Of a DNA stretch of 64,000 nt, positions 1 through 11,050 are shown piece after piece. Each line of letters begins with the position of its first letter. The stretch's first letter is position 1. The position numbers and the translations under genes are program-made. The notes beneath the pieces are model-generated. The model saw only the letters and a program-made list of their open reading frames with translations. It was not told the origin of the DNA and searched no databases. This stretch comes from Eledone cirrhosa (taxonomy: Eukaryota), in the NCBI GenBank assembly GCA_964016885.1, contig OZ024747.1, positions 39,308,001 to 39,372,000 on the forward strand, given 5' to 3'.

Positions 1-38
<38 letters not shown>

Positions 39-326
39 CGTGTGTGCGCGCGTGTATGTGAGTGTGTGAGTGTGTGTACAAAAAGTAAACATAAATAACA
101 ACACGATCGGTACAGTATATGGAAGGTATATATAGGTTAACGCTTGATATAGCAGGAAGAGTGTCTTAACGTTTCGGACGAAGAAAGAATGAGAAATAAA
201 ATAGATTGAGGGGACGGGCGGGATGGGATTGCAAAATATGTCTTTAGATAAAAATAACAGGTCCATTCATGTTGACATATCATGGAAAACTATATATATT
301 ACTTAGGTGTATTTAATACCTTGTTC

Positions 327-374
<48 letters not shown>

Positions 375-525
375 ATGTGTGTGTGTATGTGTGTGTGCGT
401 GTGTGTATGGGTGCGCGCGCGCGCGTGTGTGTGTATTTATGTGGGTGTCTGTGTATTCCGTAGGTGTATTCAATTCCTTGTTATATTCATTTCTATGTAA
501 TATATGTTAAATATGATATAGATTT

Positions 526-1801
526 GTTATATAAAACAGGATGTCTGTTTGCCTGTCTGTGTAAATACTTAAAACTCGAGAAATACCCGACCAATTTTTT
601 AAAACTTTACACATGCGTTACTTATATTTCTTGAAGTACAATGGGCCAAAATCAATTTAATTGTTTCTGCCCTAGTCCCGCATTAGGTGAAAAACCGCAT
701 TTTAAAGGCATTTTTAGGGTTTTTGAGGCGTAACTTAAAGATAATAGTGCCGATTTCATCGAAATTTGCAGCACATATTAGTTAGTCCACTAGCATTGCT
801 GTGTATGAAGATAATTTCCGATTCCATTAATGGTTTCTAGGAAATGTTCGAATTAGCATTGGGCATTACATGCTATTTTCATTTTCAATATAAACGCTAC
901 TTAAACATCGTAAGTAGTGTATAATATTTCGTTAAAAATGTGGTTTATTTAACAGAGGATACAAATCTTACTTACTTTTAAGCAGAACCATTTTCGAGGG
1001 ATTGAGGAAATGAGGAGGACCTTAACATTTTTGTCGGCGCCCTGCTGCCGCTTCGTGCTTTCATCATGCGCAAATCCGGGACCTGTGTACGTTGCCGTGA
1101 TATTGACACCGTAAAACTCATGTCTGTGCTACTTCTACTAAGACCCCTTTTGTTGTATCTACACCGCAGTATAAACGCGTTGCGCAAGTACGCCGGAAAG
1201 CGGTTGTGCTAATTCCGCGGTTGTGCTAATTCCGCGGTGGCCCTTACTTGAAATTGTTGATGGTGACCTCAATAGTAATTCCGAAGCGTTCGGCATCCGA
1301 TTTAAAAGTTCTGTCTATAGACAGAACTTTTAAATCGGATGCCGAACGCTTGGGTAGATTTACGCAGATGCTATGGTCTCCTGTGTGGAAGTCCCAACAT
1401 GCTGTGCGGTTGCATGACATGTCTTGCTCAAGCATTGCAGGCTTTACTCTGTACAGTATGCATGCAGGTGCAATGGACATAACAGATGATGTTTGTCCGG
1501 ATGACTAGGTGCGAATCTATAAATCTCGAAAAGTACCTAACCCATTTTCTCCAAATGTAAGAGAAATCATACTCTAAGATTGTGTAAGCTTAAAGAGTAT
1601 CCAGCTGATTTTCTTCAGATTTTGTACATGCATGCAGATGTTTCATGATCGGGCCTGCTGGTGTTCTACGTTTCCATAGATGAACAAATATCCCTGAGAA
1701 TAAGGGAATTCGAAAAGTACACAGCTACACTCCTCAATCTTTGCATATGCGTGTTGCTATTTCACGTTTCCTGCCCGTGCAATACCGGGTCATGCTGCTA
1801 G
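526..1801 (+). mobile_element. Non-autonomous Helitron-like element
   Basis: 5' part TATATAAAACAGGATGTCTGTTTGCCTGTCTGTGT is a typical animal Helitron start with a TCTG-type micro-repeat. The 3' end has a short GC hairpin CCCG-tgcaatac-CGGG (1774-1789) followed by CTAG (1798-1801) then T. No transposase ORF is visible and the 5' boundary is approximate. Confidence 0.65.
1284..1351. repeat. Perfect 68-bp palindrome inside the Helitron-like element
   Basis: AAGCGTTCGGCATCCGATTTAAAAGTTCTGTCTA|TAGACAGAACTTTTAAATCGGATGCCGAACGCTT, no spacer, centre 1317/1318. Confidence 0.95.
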
Positions 1802-2227
1802 TGATTATATATAGCATACATAATATATATCCTTTTTCAATTTAATAACTTGAATTTACCCTACTCTTTGTACAGGAATTTAATGTACAAACATTGAATA
1901 CTTAATTTGTTTTACTTTTATTGCATTGTGTTACATTTTACATTGTGTTACGTGTTTAAAAGGTTTCAGTCTATTGATATTTCCTAGTATGCTATATATT
2001 TCCATGAAACTTCTCATTATCTACTGAAAATAGGTCAGGAAACTTTCAGTCGAAAAAATGCTCTGAATTGATACATTAATTGTCTTTAATGGTATAAACA
2101 AATATTGAATCTTCTGCAATCTTCTTTAGTCAAATAATTCCGTAGGCAGTACTCTTGACATCTACAATCAAGTTTTTCCCTAATTAGATCAATGAGTATA
2201 ATATGTAATAACATTTGAATAATATAA

Positions 2228-2402
2228 TAATTGCTTCTACATTTTGGCACAAAGCCAGCAATTATCCCGATGCGTGACTGGTACTTTATTAGAATAATAT
2301 AATAATTGTTTCTACTTTTTGGCACAAGGCCAGCAATTACCCAGTGTATTACTGGTACTTTATTTTATCAACCCCGTAAGGATGGAAGGCAAAGTTAACC
2401 TT
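2228..2402 (-). mobile_element. Degenerate 3' parts of the common tRNA-derived SINE (two partial tandem copies)
   Basis: The reverse complement matches the SINE 3' half at 33850-34043 and 60489-61085 (GGTTAACTTTGCCTTCCATCCTTACGGGG...AAAGTACCAGT...GTGCCAAAA...GTAGAA.CAATTATTA). Confidence 0.7.
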
Positions 2403-3592
2403 AATATAATATAATAATATAATAATGTTTTCCTACTACGACCTAATAGATATTTTCCGTTATATTTACAAATATGTCGGGGATATCTGGCCTGGAGTCA
2501 CTGCATCACACTCACTTATTCTCCTACTACACTATAAGTTTCTCGTCGCCCATATTGGCTGTGGAGTGTAGTAACTTTGGTGTCTCGTTGAACGAGGCAG
2601 TAACAGGTACAGAGTTTCTTCAGTGATCGATGAGACATTGATTCTTGCATTTGGTGAGGGAGTAACAAGATCCCCAGAACACAAGTTACTACACCAAATA
2701 ATTTTCATAAAATATACATTGTATGGCAACATCAAGTAGAATGAATGTTTACTATTTTTTTTTTCTTGTCAGTTCTGTCTTATGAGTTCCCTTACATGGA
2801 TCTGTGTGTTGACATCTAAATAGTACATGATTTTTAACTTGCCGATGTTTTACATCGAAGTGACATTGTTTTAGCATACATATATTTTTAATAACTACCA
2901 TAGAACACTCCATCGATTAGTGTAGGACGTACATGATGAACAATATTTAATATTCTTAATCGTATGAGGTACTCAGTGCCAGGATTTATACTGCAAATAA
3001 AACAATTTAATTTTACTTTTACCAAGATCATGTTATAGCTATGCATAATAGCGAAACCATAAGAGTGAATATAAAATGCTCAAATAGATAGAACATATTT
3101 TATTTCATTCAATAAACCTAAAATAGTTTTCACAAAAATTATGAATATATTTCTGCCAATAGAAGTATTCTATATGTTCATGATAAGGAAACATTAAAAT
3201 CACAATTGCTTGTAAAAGTATATATAAACTACATAATATGATAGCAGTTTAATAAGGTTCACACCCCACTCAACTAATGATTAGTACTTTCGTTGTTTCT
3301 TTATAATGAGAGTGTTGTGGGTACATTTCTGTTGGATATTATTAAATTCATAAAGTATACTTTGTGTGGTATCAATTTAGTATTATAATTCAGGGTGTAT
3401 TTCAGGTGTATGGAAAATATTTGCTTGACAGTTAGCGGATGGCATGTGTTTGATGTCACTATGCTTGCGTCTTGTTTCGAGTGGATATATTCATGCATAC
3501 TTACACACACACCCACCCACACGCGCGCACACACACATACACACAAAAATACACCCCCACACGCACACATACACACACAGACACACACACAT

Positions 3593-3698
<106 letters not shown>

Positions 3699-3856
3699 AC
3701 TAGATCTACCAACTCGTCGTATTATAATGTTATAAAATTAAATAAAAAGTTTTTTAACAATACAAGTGAAGTCATACTTTTCCTTTTTTTTTCAAATATA
3801 CCTAACTGTACCAAGGATCTCACACAATTTCCAATATATATATATATACATAAATT

Positions 3857-4161
3857 TCGTATTTCTAAAGAAACACGGTATGTTTACAGGAGTTTCGCCA
3901 ACTTATGCTTCGTATGTAAATGAGATGAATCACCTCATTTACACAGACGAGAAAACTATATATTCTCGACTGTTCTCAAGTCCAAAAGTTGCAAGCGTTG
4001 GGAGGAACCGTCCTGATGAAGGCCATTCGAGCCTGAAATTCATAGACGCTTTTCCCCTTGCTTCTGCTGGACACTACCAGAGGACGTTAGCCCCGGTGTT
4101 TGCATATCTACGACGGCTTCCTAAATGTTTCCTGTAAACATACACTGTTTCTTTAGAAATA

Positions 4162-4164
<3 letters not shown>
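3857..4164 (+). mobile_element. Fold-back PLE-terminus element with ~35-bp inverted arms and internal hammerhead
   Basis: Arms 3857-3891 and 4130-4164 are near reverse complements (TCGTATTTCTAAAGAAACAc/g.GTATGTTTACAGGA). The element is flanked by (TA)n and has a hammerhead at 4009-4048. Confidence 0.75.
4009..4048 (+). ncRNA. Minimal type-I hammerhead ribozyme
   Basis: Stem I CGTC/GACG, core CTGATGA, stem II AGGC-cattcga-GCCT, GAAA, minimal stem III T-tc-A, cleavage triplet ATA. All conserved core positions are present. Confidence 0.8.
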
Positions 4165-4236
<72 letters not shown>

Positions 4237-4624
4237 AGGGTGTTTAAGTTTGCTTGAAGCATTGTGAAATGTGTAAAATACGTAGTTGAGAAAGCCACAA
4301 AAATGCAGAGGGAAATCTCGAGGTAGGAAGTGAATGATAGATAAGAGAAACAGGAGAAAGTGAAAATTGAGAGAGACAAAGATGAAAACAAAACAAAGGT
4401 AGAAGGGTTACCGTAGTGGAGATTTAATCCCAATATTTCGGGCTCACGCCCATCAACGGGGGAAAGTTCCAAAAGGGGGGGAACAGGCCAAGCGGAGAAA
4501 GTTGTGATGTCGTTAAGACAGGAATGCCGTTATGGGGAGAAAAATTATTTAAAATTTAAACGAGGGAAAGAATGCGCGTGCGCGTGATAGGCTGTGGCAA
4601 AAGCTACTGACCAAATGGGTTAAA

Positions 4625-5040
4625 TCAAGAGGGTGCGCTAGCGTGTGAAAGCCGTAAAATATGTGTGTGTAAATATATATGTGTGTGTAACTGTGTGTGT
4701 ATAAGTGTAAGTGTGTATATGTGTGAGTGTGTGTGTGTGTGAAAGATAGTGGGCTGTAGAAGCTGGAAATCAAAGGGTGTGAAAGGTGGTAGGTTGTAAA
4801 ACATGTGTGCGTGTATAAATATAGATGTGTGTGTGTAAGCGTATGGGTATACATGTGTGTGTAACTGTGTGTGTATATGTGTGGGTGCGTGTGTGTGTGA
4901 AAGATAGTGGGCTGTAGAAGCTGGAAATCAAAGGGTGTGAAAGGTGGTAGGTTGTAAAAACATGTGTACGTGTATAAATATAGATGTGTGTGTGTATGCG
5001 TATGGGTATGCATATACGTGCGTGTGTGTGAAGATAGCAG
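4625..5040. repeat. ~158-bp tandem duplication with embedded (TG)n in the PLE 3' UTR
   Basis: GAAAGATAGTGGGCTGTAGAAGCTGGAAATCAAAGGGTGTGAAAGGTGGTAGGTTGTAAAA occurs at 4741 and 4899, with partial degenerate units on both sides. Confidence 0.85.
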
Positions 5041-5067
5041 GCCGTAGGCTGTGAATGGTCACTATGG

Positions 5068-5460
5068 TTAAGTTAGCCATGTCAGCTCATTTCTCTCAGC
5101 CCGGTTGTTAAGTGGGGGTCTGAGGTTCTTAATAACAAGTGCTTCCTTTATCCTTAAGGATCCGGTGCTGCGTTCAGTCGCTAGGACTGTGACCAAGGGT
5201 CTACCCTGTGGGTTTCCGCATTTAAGGATGTGTTTACGGAAGGAAGATGCGTTGGTGTTGATATGTTCCTTGATACGAACATGTAGGGGTCGGATGGTGC
5301 TACCTATGTAAAACTTGTTACATTTATCGCATTGAATCTTATATACGACATAGGTGCGTAGGCAATCTGCCCCCCGTATCGGGCAGTTGCTGAGGGAACA
5401 CGTCCCATCTGACTCGTCGGGTTTGTTGGAGAGGCATCTTCGCAGCGAAGGTCCTGTGTA
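5068..5460 (-). pseudogene. PLE Cys-linker + GIY-YIG endonuclease fragment (missed by ORF track, no ATG)
   Basis: Manual translation: YTGPSLRRCLSNKPDESDGTCSLSNCPIRGADCLRTYVVYKIQCDKCNKFYIGSTIRPLHVRIKEHINTNASSFRKHILKCGNPQGRPLVTVLATERSTGSLRIKEALVIKNLRPPLNNRAERNELTWLT*. It contains VVY...YIG, R..EH, EA..I and P.LN motifs. Confidence 0.9.
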
Positions 5461-5475
5461 TAACCATCGAGAGGA

Positions 5476-7254
5476 ATGGTTATACGCCCCATAATCAAGA
5501 TGTCCCCAGATGTATGTGAAAGTACAGAGGACCTCCTCAGCAGAATCAGTGAGTGCAACAAAAACAGGAGCCTATCCAACTGCATAATAGGCAGCATGGA
5601 TGTGGTGTCACTGTACCCATCCATTAACATTGATTTTGCTGTGAAAAGATGTGTGGAGATGATCATCGAGAGTGAGGTGTAGTTCTGCGACGTCGACACA
5701 GACGAACTGGGCCTCCTACTTAGACTTACCTACGACACTGACTACCTAGACAGCCATGACCTTAGATGTTTCTGCCCTAGTAGATCTATAAGAGGTAGAC
5801 CCCTCACCATAACCTCAATGGCTAAAAAGACTCCCATGGGAAGGTGGATTGGGTGGACCAAAGCTATACGGACCCCCCAAAACAATGATCAGGTAAGAAA
5901 AATGGTCGCACATGCAATAGGGGCTAGTATCAAAACTACCCTAAAGGGCCACATATTTAAGTTCAATGAGAAAATCTACACCCAAAATGAGGGAGCAGCC
6001 ATCGGCGTCAGCATAGCTGGTGATGTTGCCAACCTTTTCATGGTATGGTGGGAAAGGAGACTTAAAGATCTCCTTAATGAAAGCTCCATAGACCTCATCA
6101 TGTACTCTCGTTATGTAGACGATATCAATATAGTTATAAGAACACCCCCACTAGAGAGCACTAACAAGTTTGAATTAGAACGTAGCACGATAGAAAGCAT
6201 CCAGCAGATAGCTAATTCCATACACCAGAGTATAACTGTAACTATCGAATTCCCTTCCAAACACCCTAACAATAGACTACCTGTATTAGACACAGAACTC
6301 TGGATTAATACTATAGACGAGAGAGCCCAAATTCTCAACTCACACTATGCTAAACCCATGATACTCAAAAACTCAGCAATGTCCAGTAGTGCTAAGTTTA
6401 ATATTCTGATCGCAGATTTGTTACGAGTGATGAAGAATGTGTCCAGCATGTGCGACCCAACAGAAATGGAAAGACACATCCAACACTTCATCAACCGCAT
6501 GCAGTTCTCTGGCTACAACCAAAGAGACAGAGTCAGAGTATACGAAGGAGCCATGGAAAAGTATAAGACCCTCATAGAACTGGACTTGAAAGGAATTTGC
6601 CCATTATACAGGAGCAAATCATGGAATAGCTTAGATAGGGCTAGACATAAGATAGGGAAGGCCACATCATGGTACGACAACCAGAGATATCAGAGTGTCA
6701 TGTTTGTGGACGCCACCCCTGGAGGGAAATTAGCTAACCAGTGTAGAAAGGCCCTGAGAAAGACCCACTTAAAAATAAAGGTGGTAGAAAAGCCAGGAAC
6801 CACCATAAAATCCCTGATCAGCAAAACCTACCCTTTTAAGAAAACCCAATGTACCAATAGGAAATGTATCATATGTAAGGTGAACCCCCGGATAAACTGT
6901 AAAACTAGAAACGTAGTCTATAGCATAAGATGTACAGAGGGTACTTGCAGAAACATGACAACAACATACATAGGCGAAACAGCTCTTAGCATAGGTGAAA
7001 GGATAGACCAACACTGGGGGGAACTAAAAGGACGAAAAAACGGGTCAGTACTATACGAACATGCTAGACAACAACATGACGGTAACATAGACAACATAGA
7101 AATTAGAATAATATCTAAACATAGGAATGACCCAGCAGATAGGCAAATCAGAGAGGCCAGTGAAATAGAAATTAGAAGACCAAAGCTAAACAGAAAGAAT
7201 GAGTGGAACAACAACAACACCCAAACAAACAACACTGACCTAAGAGAAGTATAA
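5476..7254 (+). pseudogene. Penelope-like element (family A, Neptune-type) RT + GIY-YIG ORF, 5'-truncated, one in-frame TAG
   Basis: ORFs 5476-5682 and 5818-7254 are in the same frame, separated only by TAG at 5680. RT motifs: GSMDVVSLYPSI, YTQNEGAAIGVSIAGDVANLFM, YSRYVDDI, LPVLD. Cys linker CTNRKCIICKVNPRINC. GIY-YIG NVVYSIRC...YIGET...ERIDQH...EASEI...PKLN. Confidence 0.93.
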
Positions 7255-7521
7255 ATAAGTAAATAAAATAAAATAAAATAAGATAAATAAATACATACAC
7301 AAGCACAATAACAACAAGCACATAAACACACACTAGTCACCCAGCAGACACAACACCATACACACTAGTCACACAGCAAACGCAACACTATACACACACG
7401 CAAACGCATGCGCAAAGAAGACAAAATAAAATAAACAAACAAGCAAATAAATAAATAAATATATAGACAGACTGAATAAAAAATGGCGTAGACATACAAC
7501 ACAACAGGAGGAAAAAATATA

Positions 7522-7564
7522 ACACCACTGACGATGTTGCAGATGTGCAACGAAAGATTGATGT
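7522..7564 (+). ncRNA. Hammerhead-like motif in PLE pLTR (probably decayed)
   Basis: CTGACGA-T-GTTGCA-gatg-TGCAAC-GAAAG, with flanks ACACCA/TGATGT pairing with one mismatch. Stem III is imperfect. Confidence 0.6.
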
Positions 7565-8194
7565 AAATTATGTAAACTATACATATATGTGTTTGTGTCT
7601 ATATTGTATCTGTATTATTTTTGACCGTCGGTCAGTCAATGGCAACATTGAGGACCGATTAAGTTAGATCGCAGATATAAAAGACAGCGAGAAGCGAAAA
7701 CCAACCAAACAGTGAGTGTATTCTGGTATTAATTCTGGCAATATTACACAAATATGACCCTCCCCAAGTATAATATATATATATATATATATAATAAATA
7801 CAATATCGGAGAAAGCTTTTCAGCGATACTCCGGCCAAATTCCAACTCACTCAACAAACATTAGGAAATAAGTGATTATATTCCTAATTAAGCGTTCGGG
7901 GTGCTAACTAAAAGTATTGCGTGGAAAATTGGCTCTATTATTTCATATGAGACACATCGAATATATCTCTTCCCAGACGGACGTCTCGTTTCATTATAGG
8001 ATTCCTACAATTTGGGTGAAATTATACCAATTTATGTAGGAGCTTGTATACCATCAATAGATATATATTCAAGTGGGCTCCTACAATTCATCAGTGGGTG
8101 CCCCAATAATACTAATATTGATAATCTAATCAACATCAGTATTTAGCGATAATCATCATCATATATATATATATGTATATATGATGATGATTAT

Positions 8195-8389
<195 letters not shown>

Positions 8390-8404
8390 TATATATATAT
8401 TGAA

Positions 8405-8526
8405 GTGAAGGCGTGTGGCTGAGTGGTGAGAGAATAGGATTCGCAATCGTAATGTTGTTAGTTCGATTCCTGGACCAGGCGATGCGTTATGTCCTTGAGC
8501 AAGACACTTTATTTCACGTTGCTCCT
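8405..8526 (+). mobile_element. tRNA-derived SINE head (family 2)
   Basis: A-box TGGCTGAGTGG, B-box GTTCGATTCC, then GTCCTTGAGCAAGACACTTTATTTCACGTTGCTCC. A related copy lies at ~35975-36305. Confidence 0.75.
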
Positions 8527-8539
8527 TCTACCTGGTGAT

Positions 8540-10330
8540 CAACTGATCACCTACCTTTATTGTTTAGGAGGTATGTGGTGTGGACTTCATATTTCTGTTT
8601 TGCATGAAGGTATCATGTATTGTGGGTTGTTATGATCATGTCGGAACTCTATGTCAGGCTTTTAGTATAGTTTCTTTATCCTATAGTCTGTGTTGGTCGC
8701 CTCAAGTCTCATTGTAAAACCCTCTCATTTGTTATATCTGTTGAAACATTGAGTAAGTATTCCAATGATACTTGGAGAGATTTTTATCATCTTTTATTTC
8801 ATGCCACTCTTCTAGATCAGTAGTTATCCGAACCATATTATTATATTTATTTGTGCTCATGAACCTGTGCAAGATGGCTACTGGCGTTTTCTTTCTGTTA
8901 AACTTGTTGCCTCAGTGTTATTATCCCGGTCTCCACTGATGTTAACTTGGAATATTATGCAACTGCTTACGTTAGAAATATAGCCTATTCGCATGAATAT
9001 TGATGTTAATGTTTCCAATAAAACTGAGCACCTTGAGAGTCCGTACTTCCATCTCGCTCAGTTATTGCAATGATCAATTCATCAGGCCAAATGGTGCGCT
9101 AGGATGAGCCGAGCAAAAGTATTATGAGTGATTCGATTGTTGTACGCTAAGATCTCTGATGAACATATTCCCTTTACCCTCCTGAGGTATTCATCCTTGG
9201 TCCTTTCGTTAAGTATGAGTCCATTATAGCTGATATTCTTATCCTATAATTGTCACTTGAGTATAGAGGTTGAGTAATCAAGCCATTCATTTTTGTGTTT
9301 TCAGAGGATGGTATAACATTTCCACGTTTTCTTGTCGGAAATGAACATTTGGACTCATCCAATTCTATGTAAATGACTGCAGCGGACTGGATAATGGGGT
9401 CCAATTGTTATTGTTTTTGTGGTTGATATTTGGCCGATACAATTTCAGGTCATGAACAAGTAAAAGATAGGAGATCATTTTGGATCCATTTCTATGGCAA
9501 TTTTTGGTGAGAAAGTACGATAGTTAATTTAATGAACTACGCTGAAAGATGCAGTTTTGATAGTGAATTCTTACAGAATCAATTTTTCCTTGTCAATTGT
9601 AAGGAGAAAAGTGTGGACCAAGTCTTAGTCAGGCGTTCGATAGTAGCTAATAATGGTTGTGTGATTTTGGCTAACTGTAAAGCTTTGATAATTCACCCTC
9701 GTCGTATGCTACCAAAAGACTTCTGGAAGGCTTTTCATGCCACAGTCAAGTTGTTGCAATTCGTCTCTGTTTTGTTTTCCTGAATCCTTGTGTTAATAAA
9801 TAACTGCTCTATACAACTCCACACCACCTTTGTTATCTAAGTTAGCTCAGGTTTTATATAGTTGGTGGCACAATGACTCTGCAAGGAGAGTTTGAGGCAT
9901 TCACTTTACAATTTATACATTATCTGCTGGCAGGCTGCTGCGCCTAATTTTTCGCTGGCGTGGTTCTGCTATTTTGTAGTATGAGACGAGTAGTTGATAA
10001 CCAATGGGGCAGTTCTTGTGAGCCTTTGATACATTCTCCAGGCATCTCGCCGAAGATAGGTGAAATTCTTTAGCCAGAATCATTTTGAGGTCTGGGGCTG
10101 GGGATTTCCTGTTTGACATTTTCTGTAGTGTTGTTTCCAGTATTGTACCGTCTACCTCATATTGCTTTTGATGTACATACGCTCAGTAGTCCTGTTCCAG
10201 TTCTTTTAGTAATACATAGAAGACATCATACAGGTCTCCAGTAGCTCTCATCTTAATCTTTGGTGGTGTGCCTTTAACAGTGGTTGAGCATTTCATATTG
10301 AAGCTACGATAGATTAACAAGGGATCTGTG
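8540..10330 (-). pseudogene. Highly decayed non-LTR retrotransposon RT (R4/Dong-like)
   Basis: Frameshifted minus-strand peptides resemble RT motifs: LQKMSNRKSPAPD..WLKNFT, VWSCIEQLFIN, LTVA..FQKSFGSI, IELDESKCSF.TRKRG. Clade assignment is tentative. Confidence 0.5.
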
Positions 10331-10486
10331 GCAAATAAACTATTCAGTATTTACCGTCTATACACTGTAGATTTATATTATATTTTTTTCAACTGCATCT
10401 GTGAGGTGTTTCCGCTAGTATAGTTTTGGGTTTATAGTTTTAAATCCTGTATCTACAAATCACTTCTGAAATTGTTTAGGCCTGCA

Positions 10487-10740
10487 TATGTATGTATGTA
10501 TGTATGTACGTATGTATGTACGTATGTATGTATGGATGGATGGATGTATGGATGTATGTATGGATGTATGCATTCATGTATGTATGTACGTATGGATGTA
10601 TATGTGGATGTATGTATGGATGTATGCATTTATGTATGTATGCTTGTATGTATGGATGTATGTATGTATGGATGTATGGATGTATTTATATGTGTATGTA
10701 TGTATATATGTATTCATATTTATATGTATGCATATATGCA
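10487..10740. repeat. (ATGT/ATGG)n tetranucleotide microsatellite
   Basis: Direct reading. Confidence 0.9.
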
Positions 10741-10895
10741 TTGGAACACACTATAAATATATGTTTCTAAATTAAATTGAAATTCGTATTTTCGAACGAT
10801 TTATATTACGTTAAATGTGTTAATATCATTTGATTGTACAATTATTAATATATTCTAAGATCTTCATAAATTATATTATTGATTTTAATTCATAT

Positions 10896-10925
10896 TCTTT
10901 TTTCTACTTTTCTTGTATATTGCAG
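10896..10925 (+). promoter_or_regulatory. Putative 3' splice acceptor upstream of the gene exon
   Basis: Polypyrimidine tract TTCTTTTTTCTACTTTTCTTGTATATTGCAG|G, coinciding with a shift from AT-rich to exon-like composition. An alternative acceptor TTTCACAG ends at 11030. Confidence 0.6.
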
Positions 10926-11050
10926 GTGCTGATTATGGCTCAGTGGTAAATCGTTATAAGTATCTGAAAGTCGCATGACCTCACTCGTGAACCGCCATTG
11001 TGTTGCTTCCGATTAAGTATCATTTCACAGTCTCTTCCTTAGTTGAGTCA

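Larger units (their letters stand above)
4234..5467 (-). mobile_element. 5'-truncated Penelope-like element (family B): GIY-YIG domain plus 3' UTR/pLTR ending at (TA)n
   Basis: Minus-strand GIY-YIG frame 5068-5460. The 3' UTR has ~158-bp tandem units and a decayed hammerhead (CCGTTGA-T-GGGC-gtga-GCCC-GAAATAT, 4430-4462), and the terminus abuts (TA)n at 4233. Confidence 0.85.
5468..7772 (+). mobile_element. PLE family A copy including A/C-rich 3' UTR/pLTR, ending at (TA)n
   Basis: The ORF above plus a 3' UTR with a hammerhead-like core at 7522-7564. The sequence runs into (TA)n at ~7773. Confidence 0.8.

Noticed and set aside
978-1508. ORFs inside the Helitron-like element as Rep/helicase
   Set aside because: No HUH or helicase motifs were found, and two of the ORFs merely span the palindrome.
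5680-5682. In-frame stop in the PLE ORF as programmed recoding (selenocysteine or readthrough)
   Set aside because: The codon is TAG rather than TGA and the copy is 5'-truncated. A simple nonsense mutation is more likely.
8408-8480. tRNA-like sequence with A and B boxes
   Set aside because: It has no convincing cloverleaf and continues into a repeat body also seen at ~36000, so it is a SINE head.
11000-11050. ORF-track start at 11000
   Set aside because: It is a non-ATG start in a eukaryotic context. The first ATG is at 11051.
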